A stretch of DNA of 64,000 bases, taken from contig NC_043022.1 of assembly GCF_006345805.1 (NCBI RefSeq), positions 14,756,001-14,820,000 on the forward strand, read 5' to 3'. The DNA comes from Octopus sinensis (taxonomy: Eukaryota). The position numbers and the translations under genes are program-made. The notes under the pieces were generated by a model. The model did no database searches. It was not told where the DNA came from and saw only the letters and a list, made by a program, of their open reading frames with translations. Below are positions 12,736 through 25,383 of the stretch, piece after piece; positions within the stretch are counted from its first letter, which is position 1; every line of letters starts with the position of its first letter.

Positions 12736-14615
12736 TGAAAATGCAGGTGAGATAACGACAGATGAAGCTTACATTTTCTTCTTTATCTCCTGATGTTTCA
12801 TCATTTTGATTAATATCTTCTTCGTTATCCATCTCGTCGCAAAACAGCTCAACGTTGTTGTGGTTTGTTTTGTTATTTTGTTTCAGTATTTGATAAGCTA
12901 ACCTATTGCATATATTATGATAATATATTATTATAATAATATATATAGTAGCTCTGATGAACCCCACCCCTCTACATATAAATATTCACTCACCCATACA
13001 CACAAACAAATCAAATAAATGGAGGTGTGTATAAGGTTATTAACATGTTGATACTCGCTTTAACGAGGTTTGCTCGTTGCCAGACGATGTGTTGGAATCG
13101 TTAAGGGTACTGAGCTCAATCACTCAGCAACTGAGGGTTCCACTTGAAGACAAGAATTAAGAATAGGCATTTATCATGAATGAAGCCAAAACACGATTCC
13201 TTGACATCAAACTACTTGAAGCGTTACATCCATTCTGAAGTCTCAAGTGGTGCAAAGATCCACCCCCCCACTTTCAGGTACATGAAAAGAGTTCTTCTGC
13301 CAATAGTTTTTTTCTAGTTGCTCAGTCAACTAAGTACTCTCAAACATCTGCAGGGGGTGGACCGCTGTGAAGTACTTTGCAGTTTGGTTGAGGGTAAATT
13401 AAGTCTTTACTTTAAAAGAAAGACAGAAAGATAAAAGCCAAACCTGTACTTGAAGTGTTGGCTGAACATACTGGGGGGTAATATTAAGTTATGTCATTCA
13501 AATTTTGCCAAAAAGTGCTGTTATTAAGTGCTACGCTAAATGTTAAATATAATTTTGAGTACTATCAGCAGTTTGGGACACAGAAGTTTTCAAATAGATA
13601 TTTAAGAATATTATGAAAATTTTAGGAAAATAAAAATAAGAAATAAGTGGAAATTTTACCAGTGAGTGTGTTACATTATAAGGCACAAAAAGAAAATTAC
13701 TCTCCCCAGACAACAGAATATGCTTCAACACACGAACTCATATAAAGAATCTTGCAAACCAAATCCCAAAACAAAAAAATATTACATAGAACTCTAGTTT
13801 TCCATATTGTTCAAATTGCTACATTGAATAGTCATCATCATCGAACATCTGCTTTCCATGCTGGCATGAGTTGGACTCTTTGACAAGACCCCAGCAAGCT
13901 GCAGGACTGTGTCTGCTTTGACATGATTTTTATGGATGGATGCCCTTCCTAACACCAACCACTTTACATGTGTACTCGGTGCTTTTCTCATGCCATGGGG
14001 GCAAGTGAGGTCAACAAGGATCTTTGCAAACTTTGCAAGACAGGAGAAATGAAAAAGAAAATAAAAAAAAACGTACAAAGTTTTCTAAAACTTGTGCCAT
14101 ACATCTCAACAAGGGTCAGATCCTTCTCCTTGCCATAAGAGGTCCTCCTACACCCACTCTGCAGTTTTTGGGTAGCTTTTATAATGAAATGAGTCTCTTT
14201 AATTAAATGCATCAAACTTTAAAAAATAACGGTTTTATAGATTTGGCATTATTCTTTAAAATGAGTTTTTATAAATCTTTGTTCATAAAAGGCTTCTCAC
14301 CCATATGAGTGTGGAAAAAAAAAAAGATTCAAAGGGAGAAATATAGACAAACAACAACCGGTTAACATGTTTCATCATCATCGCTTAATGTCCGTTTTCC
14401 ATGCTAGCATGGGTTGGACAGTTAAACTGGGGTCTGGGAAGTCTGATCTGGCAGTGTTTCTACAGCTGGATGCCCTTCCTAACGCCAACCACTCCGTGAG
14501 TGTAGTGGGTGCTTTTTACGTGCCACCAGCACGGGGGCCAGACGAGGCTGGCAAACGGCCATGATCGGATGGTGCTTTATTAAGTTTTATTAGTGACACC
14601 CTTCTGAAATATAAC

Positions 14616-14747
14616 CAGGACTGCGGGGTTGAAACAAAGAACTTCGACTCTGACTCCTCTATGTAATTAAGCGATTGTGGCCTATTTTACCGACTCCGAC
14701 TCCAGCTACCCCTTAATTGTTTCCAGCCCCATCACTCCACAGCCCTG
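14616..14747. mobile_element. hAT MITE with perfect 8-bp TSD AATATAAC
   Basis: caggactgcgg...ctccacagccctg, with aatataac at 14608-14615 and 14748-14755. Confidence 0.8.
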
Positions 14748-14973
14748 AATATAACAATATTGCTTCCAATACACAGACCCAAATCCTTGCAAAATAAATT
14801 CATCAAATACCTTTCATGCTCAACCAGTCCCTCGTCAACTCATTTGTGCTTTTGCCTTCTGTTCCCAGCACACAAATCCTTCACTCGTTACATTCAACAG
14901 ATTAAACTTCTCTCTAATTACCACAAACCTGCATATCTAATATCCATATCATACAATATTGCAGTCTTCAGAC

Positions 14974-15229
14974 CAGTGGTTCTCGACCATTTTCACCCCT
15001 TTGCTTCTTATTTTACTCAGGTGGACCCTCATAGCTATTCAGTGTTTTTTTCTTTTAAAATCCCTTTATATTTCTATAGTCAAATATTTTTAGGGATTGT
15101 GTTAAAAAATAATTGTTAAAATATTTTGTGTATTGTAGAACTGTAACCAATTTTATTGCACATAAATCTTAACCAGAAAATCTTACGTGGACCCCCAAGG
15201 GCCATGTGGGCCTGGGTTGGGAACCACTG
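14974..15229. mobile_element. hAT MITE (CAGTGGTTCTC TIR)
   Basis: cagtggttctcgacc / ggttgggaaccactg. Flanks cttcagac / cttgagac. Confidence 0.8.
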
Positions 15230-16519
15230 CTTGAGACAGATATGAGTTTGTTGGCAGATCTGTTTTAGATTTGCCTTTTGCTGCCACGGGAACTGCCATT
15301 GCTGTCATCGTTATCATCATTTAATTTCTGCTTTCCATGCATGGTTGGATGGTTTGATAAGAGACAATGAGCCAGAGGACTGGGCCAAGCTCAAACGTCA
15401 GTTTTATTATGGCTTCTACGGATGACCTTCCAAATGCTAACCACTTCACAGAGAGTACAGGGTGCTTTTCACATGGCACTAGTACAAGTAAGGTCACCTC
15501 ACCAAGTAACTTACTAGACAAGACCCCCTCATCTGAGTTAGGGAGTGTAATGTTGAGGGTGATGGCTTTTATACCAGGTGATGAGAGGTTAAAGTATGAT
15601 AGAGGCACAGAAACAGGTGTCTTGCAGTAGGGGAGGCACATGGATATGAAATAGGAGAGAAGAAGGGGGTGAAGAGGTGTCAGGGCATACCCTCAAGTTA
15701 CAGGAAGGTAAATATAAAAGAGAGGGGCCACTAAATATGCAATACATATTCCAACCAACCCACAAAACATTTCTGTAGGTGAGTTTTATCATTTTTATTT
15801 TTATATTTTTTAAATTTTTATATTTTTCAGACATCAACAAAACCAATGATAAACACGATTAAGGTATCAAGGATTTTAACACAGAATTATACATTGTTAT
15901 TCTGCGAGGCCATGTCAAGCGAGTGTGGCAGAGTGGGCTCATCAAACCAGTACGATCTCAAGCTCAAAGCATGGCCATCACATCAGACTGTGGTTGGTGG
16001 AGAGAAGATGCTGAGGTCTTCGTCCTGCAGTGAACTGAATATAGGCAATCCAATACAATCCAATTGATAGGTGCACAGATGACTGTGTGGTTTAAAAGAC
16101 TGCTTCCCAACCATGGGGTTTTGGGTTCAGATCCACAGTGCAGCACCTTGGGCAAGTATCTCCTACAATAACCTCAGGCTACCCAAAATATTGTAAGTCA
16201 ATTCAGCAAACAGAAATTGAAAGAGACCCTTTGTATGTATATGTACATGCATATGTATGTGTTTGTGTGTGTGTGTTTGTGTGTATGCTTATGCTGACAT
16301 CACGAAATGGTTGTAAGCGAGCATTACTGTCATACAAGCAACGTCCTTTGTTTCCAATCTTCTTCCAGGAAAAACATGTCTGGTGATGGGGAAATATGAC
16401 CAAATTTGGAAAGAGTGAGGGTTGGTGATAGGAAGAGCATCTGACCCATGGGGAGGCATAGAAAAGTGGGCATTGGCCCTTTAGTGTTTAAACTGGCCAC
16501 ATGTGGCACAAATGGGCAC

Positions 16520-16830
16520 CATTCGAGCGTGATCATTACCAACGTCGATTCACTGGCACCTGTGCTGGTGGCACATGTAAAAAGATTCGAGCGAGGTCAT
16601 TGCCAGTACCGCTAGACTGGCCCCCGTGCTGGTGTCACGTAAAAAGCACCCAGTACACTCTGTAGAGTGGTTGGCGTTAGGAAGGGCATCCAGCTGTAGA
16701 AACTCTGCCAGATCAGACTGGAGCCTGGTGCAGCCATCTGGCTTGCCAGCCCTCAGTCACAATCGTCCAACCCATGCTAGCATGGAAAGCGGACGTTAAA
16801 CGATGATGATGATGATGATGATGATGATGA
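16520..16830 (+). mobile_element. RTE-LINE 3'-tail copy ending in (GAT)n
   Basis: ggttggcgttaggaagggcatccagc ... gaaagcggacgttaaacgatgatgatg. Confidence 0.8.
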
Positions 16831-17251
16831 TATGGTCAAACTAACCAGATCTGGTTTCCCACACCTACCCCACAAATCACATCATTGAAATCTCAAAGCC
16901 ACCAGTGAATAATTAAAAGCATGAATAATTAAAAGCAAAGTGACTAAATAAGCATTATTACATTTGACAGAGGAATCTGGATGCCAAAGAGTTAAAAAAA
17001 AACAAAAAAATATTGATTCTAATGAAACCGATGTCTCTTCTCAAATATTTACAAAACAACAGCAGCAAACAAACAAATAAAATAACAATCCCATGACTGG
17101 TAAATAAATAAGTAAATAAATAAATAAACAAACTAAAAAAAAAGGGCTTATAAAATTAATTTAAACAGAACTGCAAAACTTTCAACGTTAGAAACCACAT
17201 AAGAATGTAATTTAATTATAATTTAATAAAGGCAGTAGAGATTGGAATTAG

Positions 17252-17318
<67 letters not shown>

Positions 17319-17689
17319 TAGTTAATAGAAGTATTTAAAACAGCTGACAACAAAATTATATAAATGTATTTATACAGACCTAAATTTAGAGTGTAATAAT
17401 TAATAATTAATTTATGTTTAAATTATATTATGGAAATGTAGGCCTCTACGGAGTGTGTGTGTGTGTTTGAGGAAGAGTTTGTGCATATTTGCATATTGTA
17501 ATAAAATTTGATTAATTGAAATAAATTCAAATTATTTTATGACTTCAAAATAATTATGGAAATTTACCTAAAATTCTACATCTGTTAAATATCACGTTAA
17601 TTTCAAGTCAATATTTAATTAAATTCAATTTCATATCGTTAATTTTAGAGAAGTTATACAATGTCACTATGAGGACATGAACACATGTA

Positions 17690-17773
<84 letters not shown>

Positions 17774-17941
17774 TTAATTTTGTGTGAGTATGTATATGAG
17801 TATGTATCATCTATCTGTTTGTCTGTCTGTCTGCCTGTCTATCTATCTCTCTACCTATCTATCTATCTATCTATTTATCTACCTACCTGCCTGTCTATCT
17901 ATCTATCTATTTCTCTCTCTCTCTGTCTATCTAACTATCTC

Positions 17942-18018
<77 letters not shown>

Positions 18019-18050
18019 TCTATCTACCTGTCTGCCTATCTATCTACCTG

Positions 18051-18103
<53 letters not shown>

Positions 18104-18349
18104 ATATATATATATATATAATATATATATATATATTATATATATATATATAATATATATATATATATACACACACACACATTAATTTTGTGTGAGTATG
18201 TATATGAGTATGTATCATCTATCTGTTTGTCTGTCTGTCTGCCTGTCTATCTATCTCTCTACCTATCTATCTATCTATCTATTTATCTACCTACCTGCCT
18301 GTCTATCTATCTATCTATTTCTCTCTCTCTCTGTCTATCTAACTATCTC

Positions 18350-18430
<81 letters not shown>

Positions 18431-18458
18431 TCTACCTGTCTGCCTATCTATCTACCTG

Positions 18459-18547
<89 letters not shown>

Positions 18548-18550
18548 TCA
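17690..18550. repeat. (CT)n(AT)n plus (CTAT)n complex microsatellite, tandemly duplicated with a ~408-bp period
   Basis: The unique-looking anchor acattaattttgtgtgagtatgtatatgag occurs at ~17771 and ~18179, followed by near-identical arrays. Confidence 0.9.
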
Positions 18551-18984
18551 CACATACATGGAATGACAGAAACAAATGTGACTGCTAATCATACACATTG
18601 TTATACAACAGCACCTGTCTCTAAACTAACCTGAAAAACATTTACGCATTCAAAGAAATATTTAAGTGCACTTACAACATGTATGTATATATGATGATGA
18701 ATGTATTTTCAGAGAATGCACACCAACGCAAGAACTGCAATGTTCAAGTCGAGCGACTAAAGTCACAGGAAAGTAAAGTACATGAAACATGAAACATGAA
18801 ACAGAAAACAAAAAAAAAAAAAAGCTGATGACCGGGAAAAAGTAAAAGAAATAAATAAGAGTTACTGTCCCATTACTAATTTCTGTTTTTAGTAAGCTTG
18901 ATCAGACTGGTATATAAATAAGACACAGGGTGACAAGGAGCGGGGGGTCTTTATCAATTGATAACCGTAAAAACAATGTGAGGT

Positions 18985-19310
18985 CGATGATGCTGGTGAT
19001 GGTGGTGGTGATGGTGATGGTGGTGGTGATGATGATGATGTTGATGATGGTGACGATGATGTTGGTGATGGTGATGTTGGTGATGATGGTGATGGTGATG
19101 TTGGTGATGATGATGTTGACGATGGTGGTGATGGTGATGCTGATGATGTTGACGATGGTGGTGATGTTGACGATGGTGAGAATGTTGGTGATGGTGATGA
19201 TGGTGATGGTGATGTTGGTGGTGATGTTGGTGATGGTGATGATGGTGATGGTGATGATGTTGACGATGGTGGTGATGTTGGTGATGGTGATGGTGATGAT
19301 GTTGTTGTCT
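18985..19310. repeat. (GAT/GGT)n trinucleotide low-complexity tract
   Basis: Directly visible. Similar tracts at 25335-25640 and 57690-58010. Confidence 0.9.
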
Positions 19311-19494
19311 AGTTGAAGCGACAGAGAGATTGGATAGAAATAGATTCTCCCAGGGATTTGATTAGGAAAAAAAAAAAAAAAAAAGAAGAGAAAGAAACCC
19401 TGGGCTGTGTTTTGGTTGAGATTTATTTAGCTTTCTTTAGTGTTGATGTTATGATGAAGAGTGAGTGGGACGATCATCATGGCAGTGGTGGTGA

Positions 19495-19525
<31 letters not shown>

Positions 19526-20338
19526 AGTTGGTAGAGATGTTAGCTGTATTGGTGATGATGCTGGTGATGTTGGTGGTGGTGGTGTTGGTAAGGTATTGAT
19601 GATGGTGGTAGCATTGGTGTCGGTGGTGGTCAGCAGAAGTTAGCTAAGTCTGTTGTTGAAACTTATCAAAATAAATTGAGGGATAGAAATTAAATACATA
19701 CATTAATACACACAGCCCCGTTCATCCACCACCCATCACCACAAATAACACACACACACACACACACACATATATTTGTGAAGCACTTTGTGTGTATGGT
19801 GTTGTTTGTTTGTCGTAATGTTTTAAACAAACACAGAATAGGTTGCAATAACAAACTTTTGAATTAGCAACCAGTTTTCAATCGAAGTAATTGAAGCTAT
19901 TTTTGAACCTCGACCCTTCATTAGGATTGCTGCTTAATTTAGCAATTGTTTTGCTTACACACACACACACACACACGTACAGAGAACTTACTGTACGCAT
20001 TGTATGTATATATATATCTATGAGCAGACACACTGCATCTGCGTTTCCATAATACACTGTGGTTTATATAACCATCTTAACCTAGATTTATATAACGGTC
20101 TTAGAACAATCTCACAATTTTCAAATTATTACTTCATCTTCTCCTTTCATCAATCCTCTTTCTTTCTATGTTATATTAACTTTTTTTATTCCCCGATTGC
20201 CTTCAGGTGCCCTATTCCATCATACGTACATATGCCCTTTCCCTTTTTTCAATGATGAATGGAAACTTCAGACAAGAAAAACAAGAGATAAAACAATAAT
20301 TCAGATATCTGCATCAACTCAACCAAAATCTCCTTTAA

Positions 20339-20559
20339 CCCTTTAGTGTTCACATTATTCTGCCAAAATTAATCCTTTTTTATCCATATTGTTTTGAACA
20401 AATCATGCATTATCTTGGTGCTATGAGATTTTGATGAGGTAGCTGTTAATTTTTAAAACGATATTGTAGGGCTGGTATGAGAGACCAGATCTGGTCAGTT
20501 TGAGCATAAAACAGGCAGAATACTTTTGGCCGGATATGGCCGGTTTAAATGCTAAAGGG
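20339..20559. mobile_element. piggyBac-type MITE (221 bp) with TTAA TSD
   Basis: ttaa|ccctttag ... ctaaaggg|ttaa. Inverted copy at 33624-33844; disrupted copy at ~42950-43475. Confidence 0.8.
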
Positions 20560-20603
20560 TTAAGAGAAATAATTATGCTGTATACATTCTAGTCTTTATT
20601 TAA

Positions 20604-21030
20604 GGCGGTGAGCCGGCAGAATCGTTAGCATGCCAGGTGAAATGCTTAGTGGTATTTCGTCTGTTTTTACATTCTGAGTTCATATTCCACCGAAGTCAAC
20701 TTTGTCTTTCATCCTTTTGGGCGTTGATAAATTAAGTACCAGTTGTGTACAGGAATCGATCAAATTGACTGGTCCCACCTCTCCCAAAATTTCAGGCCTT
20801 GTGCCTAGAGTAGAAAAGATTATTAACGCAGTGAACTGGCAGAAACATTAACACGCTTAGAGGCATTTCGTCTATCTTTATGTTCAGAGTTCAAATTCCT
20901 CTGAGGTCAACTTTGCCTTTCATCTTTTTTGGGTTGATAAATTAAGTACCAGTTGCGTACTGGGGTCGATCTAAATGACTGGTCCCCTACCCAAAAATTT
21001 CGGGCCTTGTGCCTAGAGTAGAAAAGATTC
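20604..21030 (+). mobile_element. Tandem dimer of SINE family C
   Basis: Two consecutive ctggcagaa...ttcatc.ttt..ggg.tgataaattaagtaccagttg...ggccttgtgcctagagtagaaaagat units. Confidence 0.75.
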
Positions 21031-21924
21031 TATTCTTTATTTCTCTGTCTGTGTGTCGTCGTCATCATCATGTAATGTGTGAAGGTGTGTGGCTAAGTGG
21101 TTAGGGTATTCAGCCCTTGATCGTAAAGTCTCAAGTTCAATTTCTGGTGGCACCTTGTGTCCATGAGCGAGACACTTTATTTCTTGTTGCTCCAGTCCAC
21201 TCAGCTGGCAAAAATGAATTTATACCTGTAATTCAAAGGGGACCAACCATGTCACTTTCTGTGTCATGCTGAATCTCCCTGAGAACTACGTTAAGGGTTA
21301 ATGTATTTTCCTTTATAAATTATCAGCTCCCAGAAACATTTCTGCAACTGACCCCTATATTACTTGGGTTTGATTGAAGTTAGCTACCATGTTTTCCTTT
21401 ATACTTCTAAAGATGCACAGACTAGTGGTTAGAGTGTTGATCTCACAATCATAAGTCTCTGGTTCAATTCCTGGATCGGGTGGCATGTTGCATCCTTTGA
21501 GCATCATTTCACACTGCTTAAGTGTATTCAGCTATGAATGGGGAACCAGCTTCTTGCTCCTTCCAGCTCAAGTGCTGGAGGGCTGAGAAAGTGTCCAGAT
21601 CTGCTCGTAAACACACAGGCACCTAAAAACACTTTCACTAAAGCATGGTACAAGCCACTAGGTCACACTGGCATGTGAGTAATGATTGAGCTATAAGCTA
21701 CTAAAGCTAATGGGAAAATCCCAAATGATTCAAAATTCCATTTGCCTTTCCATGAGTCATTCCAGTCAAATTCAACAGAATACTATTGGCTACGTGTCTC
21801 AAATCCTTTTCAAATTTTTACCATTTGTTTATTTTCAGGAGAGAGATATTTTCTGAAAATTTCAACCTCATAACTTATTTGGGATGAACATGGCTGGTTT
21901 GAACATAATATTGTGACCCCCTTC

Positions 21925-22249
21925 GGTCAGACACTGACCATGGGTTTGCACCTAGAGAGTTACCCTCTGAGACACAAGTCTGGGTAAGGTTGTTTTTATG
22001 GAAGACCAGCAGTTGCCCATGCATACCGGCCTCCCCTCTCCACGCCACCAGTGTTATCCAAGGGAAAGGCAAAGGGGCCGATACAGCTTGGCACCTGTGA
22101 CGTCGCAACTCATTTCTACAGCTGAGTGAACTGGAGCAACGTGAAATAAAGTGTCTTGCTCAAGAACACAACACACAGCCCGGTTCGGGATTCGAGCTCA
22201 CAATCTCACGATCGTAAGCTCGACGCTCTAACCACTGAGCCATGCGCCT
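21925..22249 (-). mobile_element. SINE family D with tRNA(Arg)-like head (possibly octopus OR-type)
   Basis: Minus-strand head ggcgcatggctcagtggttagagcgtcgagcttacgatcgtgag...gctcgaatcc, then gtgttcttgagcaagacact core. Other copies at ~5823-6117, 21085-21300, 31628-31860 and 48470-48790. The OR assignment is from memory. Confidence 0.7.
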
Positions 22250-22599
22250 AATAATAAAAGGTAGAATATTTGGGCAGAAAGTGGCTGGTTTAAATGCTAA
22301 GGTGTTAAGGGGCATTGGAAAATTTTCAATTTTTGAATTTCTATTTTAAAAAGGTTCAAAATTCAAATAACATTTATTCTCTGCCTTGCGAAAGCCATTT
22401 CCCTAATACTTAATCATAAAGAGTTTTTAAAACAATAAGAACCGGTTGTTGTAATACAAAATCTTCAGAATAATTTTAAGTCGAAAATGTAAAAGAAAAC
22501 CAAAAAAAAAACATTGGCAAAAATCAGGCATACATGATGCCAAGCACAAATATAATTGTGTGAGGAGGCATCGAGATATATGCTTGAGAAAACCTGTTG

Positions 22600-23165
22600 A
22601 GTCAAGTAAAACAAATATCGTAGCAGCGGCCAGTGCCCCCTGACTGGCTCCTGGGCTGGTGGCACATAAAAAGCACCAACCAAACGTGGTTGATACCAGG
22701 TCCGCCTGACTGGCTCCCGTACCAGTGGCACGTAAAAAGCATCAACCAAACATGACTGATGCCAGTACCTCTTGACTGGCTCCCATGCCGGTGGCATGTA
22801 AAAAGCACCATCTGAATGTGGTCGATGCCAGGTTTGCTTGACTGGCTCCCATACCAGTGGCACATAAAAAGCACCATCTGTACGTGGCCAATGCCAGTAC
22901 CCTCTGATTGGCCTGTGTCACTGGCACATAAAAAGCACTATCCAAACGTGATCGATGCAGGCCCGCCTGACTGACTCCTGTGCCAGTGGCACGTAAAAAG
23001 TACCCACTACACTCTTGGAGTGGTTGGCATTAGGAAGGGCATCCAGCTGTAGAAACATTGTCGGATCAGATTGGAGCTTGGTGCAGCCACTGGCTCTCCA
23101 TATCTCAGTCAAACCGTCCAACCCATGCCAGCATAGAAAACGGACATTCAACGATGATGATGATG
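22600..23165 (+). mobile_element. RTE-LINE 3' tail with six ~66-bp tandem units
   Basis: ggcacRtaaaaagcac recurs at ~22660, 22727, 22793, 22859, 22923 and 22988. Ends aacgatgatgatgatg. Confidence 0.85.
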
Positions 23166-23749
23166 AATCTGCCTGTTACACGTGTCACAGTCACCAAGTG
23201 ATTCTGTTTTTTTTTTTTGATAGTACAAGAGATTTATTTCTACATTAGGCAGACTTAGAAGTTAACGAGTGTACGGTAAAAGAAGCAAGGTGACAATTAA
23301 ACGAAGCAAAAGATAAGACTTAATCCTTCTAATATCTTCAAATCAAAGCTGTCGTTCTGCCAAAACCACTTGGCACTGAACAAAACAACTAGATTAGATA
23401 TTTACCTCCAGAGAGAATCCTTGTTTCTTCACCTCTGAGAGTTTAAAGTACTAAATCAGGGCAAATAGGTGCATGATTCAGTACAGTTTTTATTGTTGTT
23501 GTTGCTGTTGTTACTATTTAACCCCCAGATCAATCCTGATTGAACATGCCTCTAAACAAAGGTGGCCCACCTATGATCATCCTAGATTTTCTTTTTATTT
23601 ATCCAAGTGTATCTAGGACTACATAATCCAATGTTCTTTTGTTTTTAAGGCGATAGGCACAGGCACGACTGTGTGGTTTAGAAGTTGCTTCTCAACCGTA
23701 TGGCTTCTGGTTCAGTCCTCCTGCATGGCACCTTGGGCAAGTATCTTCC

Positions 23750-24330
23750 CCTATAGCTATTTCCAGCAGACTCATATAGCCTTTTAGGACTACATAGTCT
23801 AATGTATTCTTGCCATTTTTTCCATCAGACAACAAAGGTGTGATTTGAGGGAATTTGGTTGCTATTTCTAGCAGACTGAGTGATCACATACTCTTTTACA
23901 AATACAGCAACTAAACTATTTACTACTTTTTTTTAAGACAGCAAAAGTGTGACTTGAGGAAATTTGGCTGCTATTTCCAGCAGAGTTACCACATAGACCT
24001 TTAGAAATACATTAATTAATATATTCTCTTCTCTGTTTGCCAGACTAAGGGTGTTTTTATGAGGGAATTTGACTGCTATTTTCAGCAGACTGAGTGACCA
24101 TATAGTCCTTTAGAAATACATTAACTAGTGATTTCTCTTCATTTTTCATCAGACAGCAAAGGTGTGATTCGAGAGAATTTGGTTATTATTTCTAGCAGAC
24201 TGAGCAAGCAAATAGCCTTTAAAGACAACATTATCTATAGCATTCTCTCCATTATTTATCCATCAGTAAAGGTGTAATACAAGGGAATTTGACTGCTATT
24301 TCTAGCATGCCGAGCAGCCTCATAAAGGCT
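23750..24330. repeat. Degenerate tandem array, ~110-bp unit, 5 copies plus a partial
   Basis: aaaggtgtgatttgagggaatttggYtgctatttctagcagactgag at ~23834, 23943, 24048, 24158 and 24267. Confidence 0.8.
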
Positions 24331-24437
24331 CTTATTGGCTCGTATACAATACAGGGTTTACCCTAGGCATGTTGCGTGTCTTTTGTTTTCTTTGAATATT
24401 TCAAAGTTGAGCAAATTCAGGGAGAAAAATTTGCATC

Positions 24438-24597
24438 AGGAGTGGCTGTGTGGTAAGTAGCTTCCTAACCAACCACATGGTTCCGGGTTCAGTCTCACTG
24501 TGTGGCATCTTGGGCAAGTGTCTTCCGCTATAGCCCCGGGCCGACCAATGCCTTGTGAGTGGATTTGGTAGACGGAAACTGAAAGAAGCCTGTCGTA

Positions 24598-24638
<41 letters not shown>

Positions 24639-24866
24639 TTGTGTTTGTGTGTCTGTGTTTGTCCCCCTAGCATTGCTTGACAATCGATGCTGGTGTGTTT
24701 ATGTCCCCCCGTTACTTAGCGGTTCGGCAAAAGAGACCGATAGAATAAGTACAGGGCTTACAAAAAAAGAATAAGTCCCGGGGTCGAGTTGCTCGATTAA
24801 AGGCGGTGCTCCAGCATGGCCGCAGTCAAATGACTGAAACAAGTAAAAGAGTAAAGAGTAAAGAGT
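24438..24866 (+). mobile_element. SINE family A, full length
   Basis: Near-identical to 8462-8866 and 26803-27202. Confidence 0.85.
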
Positions 24867-25347
24867 ATCAAAAAGAAACAAGGAGGAACATTGCAACAAA
24901 CCTTTGCAGTTTCATTAGGACTGCTTCATGGAAATTCTTTAGGAAGTCCACAAAGTAATCTGATAGAGGTTAAAATTACTGTAGAAATAACGACTTCCTT
25001 TCCATAATGAAAGACAAGTTGATAAGAATCATGAGGAGACGAAAAAGCAAAGAGAAAAATTCATAAAAGGAAAGAACTGAATCTTGAATCTTGAATGCAA
25101 GATGTCTTGAATTGTAGAATAGATTTTATAATTGTGGAGAATTATTAGGGAAAAAAAAAAAAAAGAACTTAATGAGTAACGAATGTACATAATTTAAGGA
25201 AGTTGATAAGATTGGTAAGGGGTTTTATAATCTAGCAAATTTGTGATTGGACATAATTGCATGTTGCATTCAAACATATATATATGTGTGTGTGTGTATT
25301 GATGGAAAGGTAACTGGAATACCAGTTTAGCCTAATGATGGTGATGG

Positions 25348-25383
<36 letters not shown>

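Noticed and set aside
12114-12755. Long ORFs rich in I/Y/C/V/H (also 17780-18634, 49479-49953, 61904-62654 N-terminal part)
   Set aside because: Translations of (TA)n, (TG)n, (CTAT)n and (CATC)n microsatellites, which lack stops by composition.
12770-12870. Acidic frame ELFCDEMDNEEDINQNDETSGDKEEN followed by gtaagc on the minus strand
   Set aside because: No credible acceptor, embedded between TA tracts, and no recognisable homology.
21550-21630. Minus-strand coiled-coil-looking frame RADLDTFSALQHLSWKEQE
   Set aside because: Does not match rootletin and ends in a stop without a donor; more likely an old LINE scrap.
22170-22249. tRNA-like sequences (also the heads of SINE A)
   Set aside because: No acceptor-stem pairing, and they continue into SINE bodies; these are SINE heads, not tRNA genes.
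22600-23000. CRISPR-like regularly spaced repeats
   Set aside because: Whole units are homologous with no unique spacers, the context is eukaryotic with no cas genes, and they belong to an RTE 3' UTR.
23405-23433. Possible 27-nt minus-strand exon VKKQGFSLE as the next rootletin exon
   Set aside because: Weak acceptor and no resemblance to the expected rootletin sequence.
24401-24673. Recurrent ORFs MLGGQTQTH...RRHLPKMPRSGTEPGTMW / ...PRCHAVGLNPEPCG
   Set aside because: They lie wholly within SINE family A copies and recur at every copy; not a gene family.
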